A stretch of 63,141 nt of DNA, filler included, from Globobulimina sp. (GCA_003354225.1; 34 parts of 34 records of this genome joined end to end with filler, not necessarily neighbours in it); one strand, 5' to 3'; shown: positions 37,211 to 50,567, counted from the whole stretch's first letter. Program-made: numbers and translations. Notes: generated by a model not told the origin, from the letters alone.

Positions 37211-38602
37211 ATTCAATTCAACTCCATCATCCAATAACTGTCCAACATTTTTCCCATACAAAAGTTCATTAAAATTGTCATCCCCATCCGCATCAAACAC
37301 ATCTTTCCAAACACTACGCACTCGCTCAAATGCAATAATTTTCGCATATTGATAAACTTTCAAATCCCAACTATTTAACCTATACAAAATCTCTTCATTC
37401 TCAGGACTTATCATATAATTCTTCCCTCTGTCAGTCACATGATGCGGATACGGCTTATTCACTGCTCCAATTCCAATGTAATTTGTTGTGTGCTCAATAT
37501 GAGAGTCATTAAAAAATAGCTCATTCACATAAACCTGAGTCCGCAAATCATTCATGCACTCAGTAATCAGCACCACATCAAAGCTTTTCAATATCCTTAT
37601 TGCTCTGTTAAAACATTCCCGAATCTCAGAATCATGCTCCTTTCCCTCAATATAATCCCTTTGTATATTGCACCACCGATTGGGGCAACAGGCGATCCAT
37701 AAAAAATAGTTGTTGACATACATCGCTCTGACACTTTGCATGGAATGTTGAGGGGTGCCTAGCAAAGGATTTTCGAGCTCAAATTTAATTAAACGATGCA
37801 ACCAGTCATTAAAGTCAAGTGCTGCATATTTCTTGCGTTTGTATTGCTTTTCCTCCACATAATCCTCACTCAATTTGCCCGATCTTGCCATAAAACTCCA
37901 GTCCGTCATATTTGCATATTTATAGCGTTCCACATTGTGCGCAAAATCACAGCGCTGGCATCCCCATCGCCATTCGAACTCATATTGCGACAATATCCGG
38001 TTTATAGGGTGCCGTATTGAGGTTATGTAGATCGAGTATGGATCCGTTAGAAAAGACCAAGTCAGATTGTTTTCGGGCATTTTGTGAAAGAAATGGTACG
38101 CTTCGCGCACTTCCACGGTGGAGTTCCATTGCGTCGATGGATGGTTGTTGTTCCATTGTTGTTGTAGACGTTTGTTGATTGCACGAAACCAGTTTTCAAG
38201 AGTGGTTCCACCGGACTTTCGTTGGTGGATTATGACGATTTTACCGTTGCCGGTTAAGTAGTGTTGGAATGCTGTTAGTTTGTGTTGGACGGTGCGGTAT
38301 GGTTTAAATGCATGATGTGTATTGTTGGGGGTTTGTGTGGACTTAGTTGGCGACGGAGGAGTGGTATTTTTATCACTGATGACGGTGATATTATGTGCGT
38401 GAATCGAGGAGTTGAAGGTGTGTGGGAGGGATACTTTGAGTTTGCGCAGACTTGGCGGTAATTCAATGGTGGGCAGAGGGAATTGCTCAGTGGACGTCAG
38501 ATCATATGAATGGAATTCTAACTCGCGTATGGATATTGTTGTTATTGTGATTGCTAGACATGCAACACAGAGGAGACATCGTGTGCGAGTTTTTGAAGTC
38601 AT
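37211..38602 (-). CDS. Golgi-type sulfotransferase (Sulfotransfer_2-like), 3' partial
   Basis: N-terminal TM anchor, stem, HQRKSGGTT (5'-PSB) and IRHPINRILSQY (3'-PB). Confidence 0.88.
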
Positions 38603-38653
38603 TTTTCATTTTTGACATTTTATTTACATTTATTACAACGTGTACAAGTGGTG

Positions 38654-38970
38654 TTATGTTGGGATGATTGCATTTTGGATAATTCGCACTTCCTCATTGT
38701 TATCATGCATATTGACAGTAAATACAACACCATTATTTATATTCATATATTGTTTGAGATCCAATGGACTTTTAACTTTCTTTCCATTCAAATAGTAAGT
38801 CAGCAGCGCAATTCTTTTATCATCTGATATTTCAACTAATACACCAACTCTATCACCATAATAAAACGAGGGACTCCATCCCTGTTCCCCCCCCCCATTT
38901 CGATATATATTACCATTCTCTCCATACAATGAAATCCCAGGCACTCCTGCATATCCTGGATATGGGCCAG
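38654..38970 (-). CDS. SPRY/B30.2 domain C-terminal fragment
   Basis: SLYGENGNIY...FYYGDRVGVLV...LTYYLNGK. Confidence 0.7.
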
Positions 38971-39070
38971 NNNNNNNNNNNNNNNNNNNNNNNNNNNNNN
39001 NNNNNNNNNNNNNNTTAATTAATTAANNNNNNNNNNNNNNNNNNNNNNNNNNNNNNNNNNNNNNNNNNNN

Positions 39071-39647
39071 GAAAGATATTGCTTATATTATAAATAAATT
39101 GAATACGACTGCAATTATTGGTGTTTCTGGCCAAGCAAAGCAGTTTACAAAAGAGGTTATATTTGCATTGAAAGAGAATAGCAGATATCCATTGGTATTT
39201 AGTTTAAGTAATCCGACCTCGAAAAGTGAGTGTACAGCACAGGAAGCATATGATTGGACAGAGAATGAGTTATATTTTGCGAGCGGCAGTCCTTTTGATG
39301 ATATTCAAATGGGAGATACAGATATTGTCATTACGCCAAGTCAAGGGAATAATGCATATATTTTCCCCGGTGTTGCCTTGGGTATTATTGCAAGTCAAGC
39401 AAAGCGAGTGCCTGATGATATATTTTTAATTGCTGCAAAATGTGTTTCCGATATGGTGGGTGAGGATTTGTTACAATATGGAATTATGTATCCACCAATT
39501 AATAATATTCGAGAGGTTTCTGTTGAAATTGCTATTGAAGTGGCTCAAGCCATACATGAACGGGGATTAACTGATCAAATAACACCACCAGACTTTGACT
39601 TGCGTGCTTTAGTGGAAAATATTCAATATAATCATCAAAACTATTAA
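39071..39647 (+). CDS. NAD(P)-dependent malic enzyme, C-terminal fragment
   Basis: IIGVSGQ, FSLSNPTSKSECTA, FASGSPF, QGNNAYIFPG, YPPINNIREVS. Confidence 0.95.
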
Positions 39648-39778
39648 TATCGCACATTCGCACTTAATTTACTTAATTATTTCAATCTTATGACAATTAT
39701 ACTTCACTTGAAAGGTTTTCACAGAACCCTAGATGACAAATCAAATATGGTTTCTTTCGTTAATTTAATGCTCTGACG

Positions 39779-40830
39779 ATGCTTTTGAAACAACTACAAA
39801 AGTCTTACCAATTATACAAACTATCTGTCGTTGTATTCAGCCAGCATAAGGATGGATTTCTTACAACAAATCCAATGCAAAAGACCCAAATCCAATTCTT
39901 GAGAAAAAATTCCGCAGACAATATGAAACGTTTAAAAACGAAACGAAAAATCGAACCGATACCCACGGGCTTTAATGATGACATTAGTTTACATTTGAAT
40001 GATTGCAGCAATGCGAAACAAATAGTATCTGTAATTAAAGAGCACCATAATAAAATAAAACATTCCTCACTGTATGGCAAAGCAATCAATCGTTGTAAAA
40101 GATGGCATGATTTTGAAAGCGCAATCGAGATAATTCAATTATTTGATTCTTCTCCAATCAAAGTACAAACGGATTGCATTATGTTTAGTATCTTTTTTGA
40201 TTGCATGGCGCATGCAGATAATCCAGAACTTAGCGCAAAATATTTTGATATCATGATTAATAAATACAAACTTTTACCAGATAACATCACATTTGCATGT
40301 TTGCTTAAAGTTTGTAGAAAACAATCTAAATACCAACAAGCTGCAGGATATTGGCGTTTGATGAAAGACATGAATATAACGCCAGAAAAGCAGCATTATA
40401 CAGAAATGTTATCAGTATTTTCAAAGGCAAGGAAAGAAGACTTGGCAGAGGATATTTTCCAAGAATATTTGATGGGGATAAATAATAAAAAATTGCCAAT
40501 TAATATACCAACGTTTGGTGCCTATTTAAATGTTTTCAGTCGTAGTGGTAATATCGATGGAATGCAAAGAGCGTTGCAGATTATGCGTGATTATGGAATC
40601 TCTGTACAGCGTTCTATGGCCACTGATATTATGCGAACGTACATTGTGGCGAGAAAAGAAATAGAAGCTTTAGAGTATTTTGCGTCTTATATGGCATTGG
40701 CAAACAGAAATGTGCCCACTGTGTCTCTGATGTACTTAAAAGGTGTCGCTTTGTATAGTTTACTGAAAGATAATGAAAGCATTCAATATGATTTCGAAAG
40801 AAAATATGGATTGTATATGGAATTAGTGGA
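39779..40830 (+). CDS. Pentatricopeptide-repeat protein, 3' partial
   Basis: 35-aa repeats: PDNITFACLLKVC, M..MNITPEKQHYTEML, NIPTFGAYLNVFSRSGN. Confidence 0.88.
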
Positions 40831-40930
40831 NNNNNNNNNNNNNNNNNNNNNNNNNNNNNNNNNNNNNNNNNNNNTTAATTAATTAANNNNNNNNNNNNNN
40901 NNNNNNNNNNNNNNNNNNNNNNNNNNNNNN

Positions 40931-41934
40931 ATATGCATATTCATTGTTATATGTACCATATTCATATTCGTCATATTCAACAATAACTTGCTCATATTCA
41001 TATTGCTCGAGTTTATCATATTTCTCTTTAGTTTCGGCTCTGTTTTCTTGCAAATCAACCACTGCAAAATATTCTTCCTCACCTAAATATATATAATATT
41101 AAAACATTGGAAACGTTTTAGTGGAACGCACGCGTATTATAATTACGTACCAATATGAGGACTAACACTTAAACCATTTTTAATGTCCATACTATTATTA
41201 TTATTATTATTATTTTTTACTTGCGGTAATTGTGGTGTTGCTGCAGCATAATACAAAACACTGCCGTTTCTAATTTGTATTTTGCCATTTAATGATTTTA
41301 ATCCATGACCATTTAATCCATTTAATCCATTCTTAATTTCTACTTTGCCGTTATTTAATTGTGGCTGTGCCTGTGGCTGTGCTGTATGTATCGTTTTATT
41401 ATTCATATTATTCATATCATCCATATCATCATCAAAGGCTTCCATCATTTTGGGTGACTCCATGCCGCTTTGTACGTAAACTTCCTCTCTTTCCTTTTCT
41501 TCCTGTATCATCTCTCCATATTTGTATAAATCCGCTTGTTGTACTTGTTCAACATGCTCCAGTTGGACAGGAACAGGAACAGGAACAGGAAGGACTTGTT
41601 CCACTTCCTTCACTTCTTCCACTTCTTCCACTTGTTCATTATTATCAGTTTCTACATTTTCTATTGTATTCTCCTCATTTTTCATCTCTGTTTCTTCGAA
41701 TTCCGCATGTTTTTCATGCTCTTGCTCTTGCTCTGGCACTGGCACTTGCTTTTCATTTTGCTTTGCTTGGTAAATCTTAATTGATCGAGTAGTTGGTGTA
41801 AATAATAATTGTTTTAATATGAAACGGTATGCAATGTATGCCAACACTAGCAATAACGCAATTCGTTTGGGTTTACTGTTTGCCAATGCAATAAATGTTT
41901 GCAGTCGTGTCTGTCTTGAAAGAGCTGCCATCAT
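40931..41934 (-). CDS. Hypothetical low-complexity (Glu/Gln/Asn-rich) protein with N-terminal TM, 3' partial; intron ~41083-41150
   Basis: ATG ORF with a TM segment; a GTACGT..TAG intron continues the frame. Confidence 0.6.
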
Positions 41935-42073
41935 CTACGGAACTTTAACTGTGAGAAGTGCAGTTTTTTAGTTTTTAGTCGACTGCTTCACTCTTTACAA
42001 TTGTGATTTACGCCTTTATATTATTGGATAACTGCGGTTATGGACCAGAGAAAGTGATTAAATTTAGTGGTTA

Positions 42074-42409
42074 TTACGATGTACACAAAACGAGATGGTT
42101 TTTTGAATTCCATGAAAATGGATTGATTTGTAATTCCGTATAACTGTTGTTTTTTACTGCATATGGACCATTTTCCGCTAATAATGCAAACATTGAACTA
42201 CATCCAGGACCGCCTGACAACCATATCACCAATGGATCGTTTACTGCATCGGAACGTGATTCAAAAAACCAATAAAATAAATGTCTCTCGTTCTTGTGTA
42301 CATCATAATAACCACTAAAATTAATTACTTTCTCTGGTCCATAACCGCAGTCAGCCAATAATAGAAAGGCGTAAATCACAATTGTAAAGAGCAAAGTAGT
42401 TGGCATGAT
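42074..42409 (-). pseudogene. Truncated serine carboxypeptidase (S10) 5' fragment
   Basis: SGYYDV, HLFYWFFESR, DPLVIWLSGGPGCSS, ENGP, NPFSWN; then runs into an inverted copy of its own 5' end and stops. Confidence 0.8.
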
Positions 42410-42524
42410 GTTTTTGGTATTACTACTTTCGAAACGATGCAACTTTGTAAGTGTGGCTTTTTTTGATTCCTCAAAACTTTTAATTTCCTAAAACAGTACT
42501 TTTTTTCGATTTTTTCGATTTTTG

Positions 42525-42690
42525 GATTTCCGTGAAAACAATAATTCCGATGATTCCCTTAAAAAAAAAATTCCCATGATTCCCTTAAAAACAATAATTT
42601 CCATGATTCCCTTGAAAAAAAGACGGAAAAAAGTTGAAAAGAATTATTGTTTTCAAGGGAATCATGGAAATTATTGTTTTTAAGGGAATC
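42525..42690. repeat. Foldback-like array of ~27-bp units, direct then inverted
   Basis: ATGATTCCCTT(A/G)AAAACAATAATTTCC x3-4, short spacer, then the reverse complement x2 up to the contig end. Confidence 0.85.
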
Positions 42691-42790
42691 NNNNNNNNNN
42701 NNNNNNNNNNNNNNNNNNNNNNNNNNNNNNNNNNTTAATTAATTAANNNNNNNNNNNNNNNNNNNNNNNNNNNNNNNNNNNNNNNNNNNN

Positions 42791-44003
42791 TACTATCGTA
42801 CTCCATTTGATGCACTATCGTCCTTTGTGTGTTTTTTTCCACCAAAAACCAAACAATCACATCCATGGTTACTGTGACCTTATTATCCATCATCTTTTTT
42901 ATAATGATTTGTGTCTCGACGTTTACGCTCATTGCAAAGAATTGCAACGACATTGAAAGTGATAGAGATCGCTCACCGTCATTACCCAAACAACCGTCGT
43001 CCGTGAAATTGAATAAAAATAATAATCCACCAGAATTGCACAAGAAATTATCCATAAAAAGCATCAAATTGAAGGATATATTCTTAGATAAACAAGCTTT
43101 GAATTTGTTTATGATGTATCTCTCAAAAGAGTTAATATAAATATTTATATCTATACGTTTTCGCACTGCGCATATTCGTTTTCTGTACGTATACGATACA
43201 AATATATATCCAGATATAGTATGGAGTGTTTATTGGCATTTATCGAATTTACCCAATTTGAGCAATATGCGTTGGCTGAAATGAGTGACCATGAACGCAA
43301 TGAGAAGGCTGTGGCGAATCTGACGTTTGTGGAGATACCGTCAAATGTTCCCATTTCAGATATTATTGATTCTCGCGATGACAATGAACTGAATGAGACC
43401 TTGTTATCCGCCAAAATAAGAGCGCATAAATTATATGAGAAATACATCAAAGTTTCATCGGAATTCCAAGTCAATATTTCTGGCAGAATGAGCGACGAAA
43501 TCGGTGTGGTTTTATCAGATTTGAATGTGTTGAAAAATAACACAGAGATTAGTTTGAAAGATCTGGTGTTTTTATTTGAAGCGCCTCGCCATGAAATGAT
43601 GATTTTATTACAATATTCCTTTTCTCGATTTAAGGGAACCTTTGATTTTGACGAGATTGTGGGAATATTATCCACTACGAAAGCAAAAGCAAAAAACCGC
43701 TTGACAGCGCCAGTAAGAATATCTATAAATATTTCACTTTCGGCCAAACCGAATGCGCTGCAGATAATGAATGAGAATTCGAGTAAAACGAGCAGTGTTT
43801 CGCCGAAAACAAGTATTGGCACTCCAATCACACCGATTTCTCCAAATTCGCGAATGTCGAGAATGGCGCCAATCTCACCAATATCGAGAATAGCACCAAT
43901 ATCACCAATATCACCAATATCGCCACGCGATCAATCACCAAAAAATTCAAAAATAATACATTCAGACTCTAATTTGTTTGATATTGTTTTTGTGGATCCA
44001 TAA
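42791..44003 (+). CDS. TM-RGS domain protein, 5' partial; intron 43131-43213
   Basis: Spliced FMMYLSKEYSMECLLAFIEF, LYEKYIKVSSEFQVNIS, SFSRF; PISP repeats in the tail. Confidence 0.85.
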
Positions 44004-44650
44004 TTAATTAATTTGTGGCTCAATGAATTTGTATTTGTATACTGTTTATTTTTATTTTATTAGATCTATTTTTTCTTTGGTTTAATTTTTCTATTATTTG
44101 TAATAAGTTCAGTCAAAACATTACGTTTGAAAAAAAAAGAGCAACAATGAACGGTGAACAGTCAGCAAACTGTTCAGTTTTTTTGTTTTTTCATGTTGTT
44201 CAGTTTTAATTGTTTAAATGTTCGTTATGTGCTATGTTTTGAGTGAAAATAATACTTTATTTGTATTTTGAAGCTGTTATGTTGTTAATAATACGTTTTG
44301 TACTTTTATACTCGTGAAAAGAATGTGAGATTATAATTAATTCATTATATGAGATAATATTAATATATATATATATATATTTATAATTGTATTTTTTTCC
44401 ATGTTGGATTTCATTATTGAACGTTTCTTGTACATCCAATCCAAAATATCCAATCCAATCCACTTTACATAGACAAACTGTGCGATTTTTTGTTTCTTCC
44501 TACTATTACTTCAAAGTCCTTGATTGCTATTGTTTTTTTTTCTAGAGAGANNNNNNNNNNNNNNNNNNNNNNNNNNNNNNNNNNNNNNNNNNNNTTAATT
44601 AATTAANNNNNNNNNNNNNNNNNNNNNNNNNNNNNNNNNNNNNNNNNNNN

Positions 44651-45845
44651 CATTAAAATTGCGAGTCAATAAATTATAAATTTTATGTTTCTCACTTTGT
44701 GAATCAATATTGGTTCGAAGGATAATATTTTTATTTTTATAATTATTACTTTCCTTCTCTTCATTTATAACATATTTCCGTTGCATGATTCCCTCAGTTT
44801 TATTTAAACAAATTATTGCTCCTTTTATAGGTTCAGATAGATGTTCAACAGAAATATTTAGCTGTTGCATTGCACAGATTTTACACAATTCTGTTGATAT
44901 TAAGCCAGCAACTAAATTACCACAAATTGCTTGAGATGTCGTCCGATCATAACACCCATTCCACCAAACACCATTTGTTTGGTAACAATATTTAATAATA
45001 ATTGTACTTAACTCATTATTGAATCCTTCAACATGTTGAATTAAATACATGTTTATAAATAATGAGAGATTAATCAATAAATCAGCAAATATATCGTCAG
45101 TGCATGGTTTATTTAATATATTTGATTCATGTGTATTGATACACATTGCCCAGAGGGTAACTTCTGACATATTTATATCACCAAATCTCAAAAAGCGTGG
45201 ATTTGAGTTCTTCTCTGGTTCAACTGCTACAATATCGCCTTTCTTATACGTTACATTTTCTTTCCATTCGCGAAAATATTTTGGACTTTTTGAGGATGAA
45301 AGTCGTACTCCAATTTTTGCAGAACGGATACGATTCTGTCTTACTGTTTTTATTTCAGATTTTAGCACATTGCGTCGCATCCAATCATTCGATTCTATTT
45401 CTGTGCATTCATCAAAACGTACCATTTTCGTGTCTGCGATATATGTTCTTGCCATAATTACATTTGTTTTCTCATCATCTGTTTCTAAATATACTCCAAC
45501 TATGACGGGTTTACAATTTGTAGAATATCTCCAATTACTTTCGAAATATTTATTCATTTGTATTAATTTTTCATCAAAATGTGCATCACCAAATGTAATA
45601 ACACGACCAATAATATAATTATTACTATCATTTGCTTCAACTGCAAATGGTGCCCTCTCATAAGTATTTTGATACATTTTATGATTATATAGCCTTGCCG
45701 TTTTTGCATCGATCATGCCTTTTAATAATGTGTTCTTCCTATACGATCTGCCTGCTTTTATGGCGTCATCTCTACATAAACCGTAAAAAAAGAAGCAATG
45801 TGGTACAGTATCTGTCATTTCTAGCAACCTTTTTATAAGATCCAT
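44651..45845 (-). CDS. Protein with N-terminal gamma-glutamylcyclotransferase/AIG2-like domain, 3' partial
   Basis: FFFYGLCRDD, ARLY, IIGRVI, ARTYI and DW motif spacing fit a degenerate GGCT fold. Confidence 0.45.
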
Positions 45846-46510
45846 CGTTTTTTGTTGATCGGATTTCGAAGTCAGTAACAAGTTTTCAACATTAGCAAAA
45901 TTGTGAATAATTCCAGCCGTATTCAATAATATTAGTAATATGCTTCAACAATAAACATATTTTAATATCGAGCGTCAATAATGCATCAATATATTTTGTA
46001 TCATTCCGTTTTCCGCTATGTATATGATTGCTCAATTTAGTGTCCTCTTTGTTCATTTTTAACATTGTTTTGATATTTGTGTTTTTGAGCAATGTGATTT
46101 GCCACACTCCATTCATTTAAAAATGTAGTTAATGAATTACTATTTTCAGTGCGATATAATGAGATTATATCTTTATATTCTATACGGTGTACGGCATTAT
46201 CTTTAGTTGTAAATATAATTTGATTTGGATATTTTGAATAAAATCAAGACTGTGGATGAAACCCAATGGAACCATTTGTAGTGATATATTTATTTTTATT
46301 CGTCAAATATACATTAACATTCATATGCATTATTATCTCGCCATGGGATGGTTCTATCTGATTTATATTCGAATGGAATAACATTAATCTTCCCAAACAA
46401 AATAATATATNNNNNNNNNNNNNNNNNNNNNNNNNNNNNNNNNNNNNNNNNNNNTTAATTAATTAANNNNNNNNNNNNNNNNNNNNNNNNNNNNNNNNNN
46501 NNNNNNNNNN

Positions 46511-47952
46511 ATATTTTGCGTAATTCTTGCCATTAATTCTTTAATTTGAGGCGACTCGAAATCGAATTTCTGCAAAATCAACTCAATGATTTGACATCCA
46601 AATGGGTCGACCGCCAATGCCATTAATTGTGGAATAATTTCTATTAAAATAAAGTTTGATAAATATGCCGGACAATTTGACAAAATCTTCTCTATCACGT
46701 GATGCCCGTTATTATTCCTCAAACATTGCAATGTTTTATTGTGTAATTCTGACACTATTTTCGTTTTTAACACAACTTCTTTCGCATTATTCTCGGTCGA
46801 GATTATCTTTTGTATCAATCGACAGCCAAATGTATTCATACTCAATTCTAAAACATGCGTTTTCAACGAATTCACAATTCTTTTGCATTGATGATAAGAG
46901 GCATACTCATAAATTAATTGTGTGACCCAGTTCGCAAAGACATGCTTGGACAGTTTGACAATGTCATTCTCCAAGGTTTGGTCCAATAATATCGCTCTTT
47001 CGTCGGCCGTGATTGTGACAAAATTATTTTGAACAAAGCGAGAGCCATCTTGAGTTACTATCATTTCACAGATCCTGTTTTCTAAAATACATCTTGATAT
47101 GGATTCATTTTCCTCTTTGCCGAAGTTGTTACGAACATATTTCTTCTTTGCTTTCTTGGTATTATTAATGCTTTTGAGCACTTGACCGGTGCTATGGTCA
47201 TGGTTGGCATTGCTGGCAATGGCATTATTTGCTGGTACTGGCCGTGGCTGTGGCCGTGGCTGTGGCCGTGGCGGTGGTGCTCGTTGCGGCGGTCCAGGTG
47301 GTGCATAAAAGGGATATTGGCCATATTGTGTTGCTTGCAATGCCGCATATTGAGGGTGACCATATGGCGCTGGCACTGGATAAGTCGCTACCGGAACAGG
47401 TGGATAATGGCCATATGGCACTGGATAATGCAATGGCATCAAAGCATTGTACACTTGACTTACTTGAGGCGGGTAATATAGACTGCCATTATTGGTGTTA
47501 TTGTGATTGTGATTGTGGTTGGTGTTGATTGGTGGCGATGGCATATTACCTGCAGACGCAAGATTTGGTACACTGAACAATGCGGGATGCGGTGGTTCAA
47601 CCTGTCTCGATGGATGATAATAACCTTGATTGTGATTGCTATGATTGGTGGAACACCGTGGCGAGAGTATTGGTGTTTGATTGTTTGACAATGCCCAGGG
47701 ATTTGAGAGCAATAAATCTACGGTGTTTAAGTCAATATCGCTGGATCCCATGAGGTTTGGTGCTGTCAATCTTCTACTTGCACCTGCATTGACTGGTGGT
47801 GGCGAAGCAAATACGTTCGTTGATAAGTCCGCCACTATGATATGGCTGAAACTGTTGCTGCGACTTAAATCTGGTGTTTTGATGTTTAAGTCTGCCATTT
47901 GCGGTGATAACATGTTCACGTTTATTGTGTGATTGTTTCCAGTATTGGACAT
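46511..47952 (-). CDS. Pumilio/PUF RNA-binding protein, 3' partial
   Basis: Low-complexity N-terminus then PUF repeats: QDGSRFVQ, FANWVTQ, FGCRLIQK, NGHHVIEK, FGCQIIE. Confidence 0.93.
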
Positions 47953-48369
47953 CTTCGGTCCTACAGATTAAAAAAATGTAGCAGATAAACAAATTGTTAA
48001 CAATTAAAAATTAATTTTGACAGCTCAGAATCTTATAATTCAATGCAATATTCGCCGATTATGATAACAATTGAGGTAAATCTTTCCCCCAAAATTTTAT
48101 TTTAATTTTTTGAAAAACATTTTTTTAATGATGTATTACTCGTATAATGCCCCATAATCGTCTCCTACATAAGTACGCGTGATTGCTCTTTGTCGAAGAC
48201 TCGTGTAGCTACACATCATTATGATTAAATGTAGCAAAAAAAAAACTGTCGCTTGCAATTGATTTCGAGNNNNNNNNNNNNNNNNNNNNNNNNNNNNNNN
48301 NNNNNNNNNNNNNTTAATTAATTAANNNNNNNNNNNNNNNNNNNNNNNNNNNNNNNNNNNNNNNNNNNN

Positions 48370-49422
48370 TGATTTATCATATCAGATAGAATCTCCTTCG
48401 CAGGTTTTGTATCGTCAATATTCCCGCAACATTGTCCAAGCAAATATGCTGAGCCCATTTTAGGAACATCCCTATTATGTTCCTTATCATATACTATCGG
48501 CAAAACACCGTTTCTCAATAATTTTCTCATTTCATCTTTTCGATTCATTTCCCAATTTACTGCATAATCAGTCTTGTTTCCCCGCAAAGGCCTTCCCGTA
48601 TATATCTCTGTTCTGATCGTATCATGATTTGTACATTTAAGTACCATCTCTTTGTGCGCTTTTGAAGCACCACTCTCTGCGCTGCATACAAACCGCGTAC
48701 CAACCCATACTGCGCCAGCACCATAACCCAATGCCATGGCTAGTCCCCGTCCATCAAATATACCACCTGCGCCAACACAATATATGGGTTCTCCTGTTAA
48801 GGGCGATTTATGTCCTTTAACTAAATCAACACATTTTGGTAGCAAACAAGTTGTAGCAACCTCGCCAGTATGACCTCCACCTTCACCGCCTTGACAACAT
48901 AAAATATCTGCTCCTGCACCCAACGCATACTTGACATGTTTCGGTGATCCGATCATATTCATATATAATATGTTGTTATCATGCAATTTTTCGACAATAT
49001 TTTTAGGTGCCACACCGATTGCGCATACAAATAATTTCGCTCCGGACTCGATAATAATATCAATCAATTCATTTAGTTTTCCCTTTGTATAGTCTTTATT
49101 GGTCGCTCTAGCACCGCCGCCAACTTTTGGTATTAATAAATCTACACCAAATGGAGCATTTGGATCATTTAAATTTTGTTTTAATATTTTTATTTGCAAT
49201 TGCAATATTCCTATGTGTTTTCGTATGGCGTTTACATTTTATTTATTTGTACTTTTCTAGAGAATAACTTGGAGTAAAGCCAAGCCCACCAATTACACCC
49301 AAACCGCCTGCATTTGTAACCGCTGCGGCTAATTTAGGGCCAGCTGCCTTATTCATTCCAGCCAGCATTATGGGATATTTTATCCCAAACAATTTTGTTA
49401 TTGGTGTTTCTATCGTTTCCAT
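48370..49422 (-). CDS. Nitronate monooxygenase / 2-nitropropane dioxygenase family, 3' partial; intron 49211-49268
   Basis: PIMLAGM, LAAAVTNAGGLGVIG, QGGEGGGHTG, AGGIFDGRGLA..L.YGA.AVWVGTRF. Confidence 0.93.
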
Positions 49423-49517
49423 TATTATATAAAAAAAAACTGTGGCTATAAATTTTTTCCAGGCGGACATCCTTTCGTAATAACCCGTCGGTGTTACATC
49501 AAAATCCACACAAAACC
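49423..49517. promoter_or_regulatory. Putative compact bidirectional promoter (NMO / RFC3)
   Basis: 95 bp between divergent ATGs. Confidence 0.5.
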
Positions 49518-50128
49518 ATGTTATGGGTTGATAAGTACCGTCCAAAACGGTTAGATCAATTAACATACCATGCTAAATTAACAAAAATGTTATATAAAAT
49601 GGTAATTTCCGGCAATTTTCCTCATTTATTATTTTACGGACCACCCGGCGCTGGCAAAAAAACCAGAATCTTAGCTCTGTTACAAGAAGTATTTGGCAAA
49701 GGAGCGACAAAAGTTTACTACATCCATTCACACAAAAAAAATAAAAAACAACTCTCAAATATACCAAAACAGATCAAAACGGAACATCGTTCATTCAAAG
49801 TAGCTTCCAAAACCATTGAAATCACGACTTTGGGCTCAATCTACCACATTGAGATGAATCCATCCGATGCAGGCATCTATGATCGCGTTGTGGTGCAAGA
49901 CATCATTAAAGAAATCGCGTCCTCTGCTTCCTTAGTCGCAGCAGCGCAGCTATTAAAAAAGAATAACTATAATCAAGACCCCACCACCAAGACCAAGCGG
50001 AGAAGCAAGCCCCATTTCAAAGTGGTGATATTGAATGAGGTGGATAAGTTAACCAAAGATGCACAGCACGGCTTGCGGAGGACAATGGAGAAATATATGT
50101 CGACGTGTCGCATCATACTGCAATGCAA
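49518..50128 (+). CDS. RFC3: Replication factor C subunit 3 (yeast Rfc5 type), 3' partial; in-frame intron 49713-49772
   Basis: MLWVDKYRP, PHLLFYGPPGAGKKTRI, HIEMNPSDAG.YDRVVVQ..IKE, FKVVILNEVDKLTKDAQHGLRRTMEKY. Confidence 0.96.
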
Positions 50129-50320
50129 NNNNNNNNNNNNNNNNNNNNNNNNNNNNNNNNNNNNNNNNNNNNTTAATTAATTAANNNNNNNNNNNNNNNN
50201 NNNNNNNNNNNNNNNNNNNNNNNNNNNNTTATTTTTGATACTGAATTTGGATGGTATGTAACGTAAAAGAATGAGCCAAGGGATCTGTTTCTGTCTAAGC
50301 AGATGTTTTGAAAGAATAAT

Positions 50321-50567
50321 TATTTTGGTCAAAAATCGAGAAAAAATGAAAATTATTGGATTTTAGCTTAATCTAAGACTATTTTTGATGTCGGATTCGA
50401 ATTCAGCATTAAAAATTGGTTCCGAAAATCTATTTCTATATGAATAAACGGATTTTTTTGAAAAATGAATTTTTTGGTCGAAAAACGAGGGAAAATTAAA
50501 ATTATTGTATTTTAACTTAGTCTAGGGTTATTTTTCGTCCCAAATTCGAATTCAGCATTAAAAATTG
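50321..50567. repeat. Imperfect direct repeat (~100 bp similarity, 149-bp period) within a non-coding, transposon-like region
   Basis: TTTTGGTC..AAAATTATTG..TTCGAATTCAGCATTAAAAATTG present twice. Confidence 0.75.

Noticed and set aside
41361-41784. Plus-strand low-complexity ORFs (also 47182-47688 and 58429-58911)
   Set aside because: Antisense shadows of low-complexity minus-strand genes
35299-43166. ORFs running through N spacers and ending in ...LIN or ...N
   Set aside because: Artefacts of translating the linker
48370-49422. Nitronate monooxygenase as evidence for a denitrification or nitrite pathway
   Set aside because: A widespread family with broad annotation; nothing in the sequence ties it to nitrate respiration
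49713-49772. Novel 20-aa insertion in RFC3
   Set aside because: It is a 60-nt GT-AG intron that happens to lack stops
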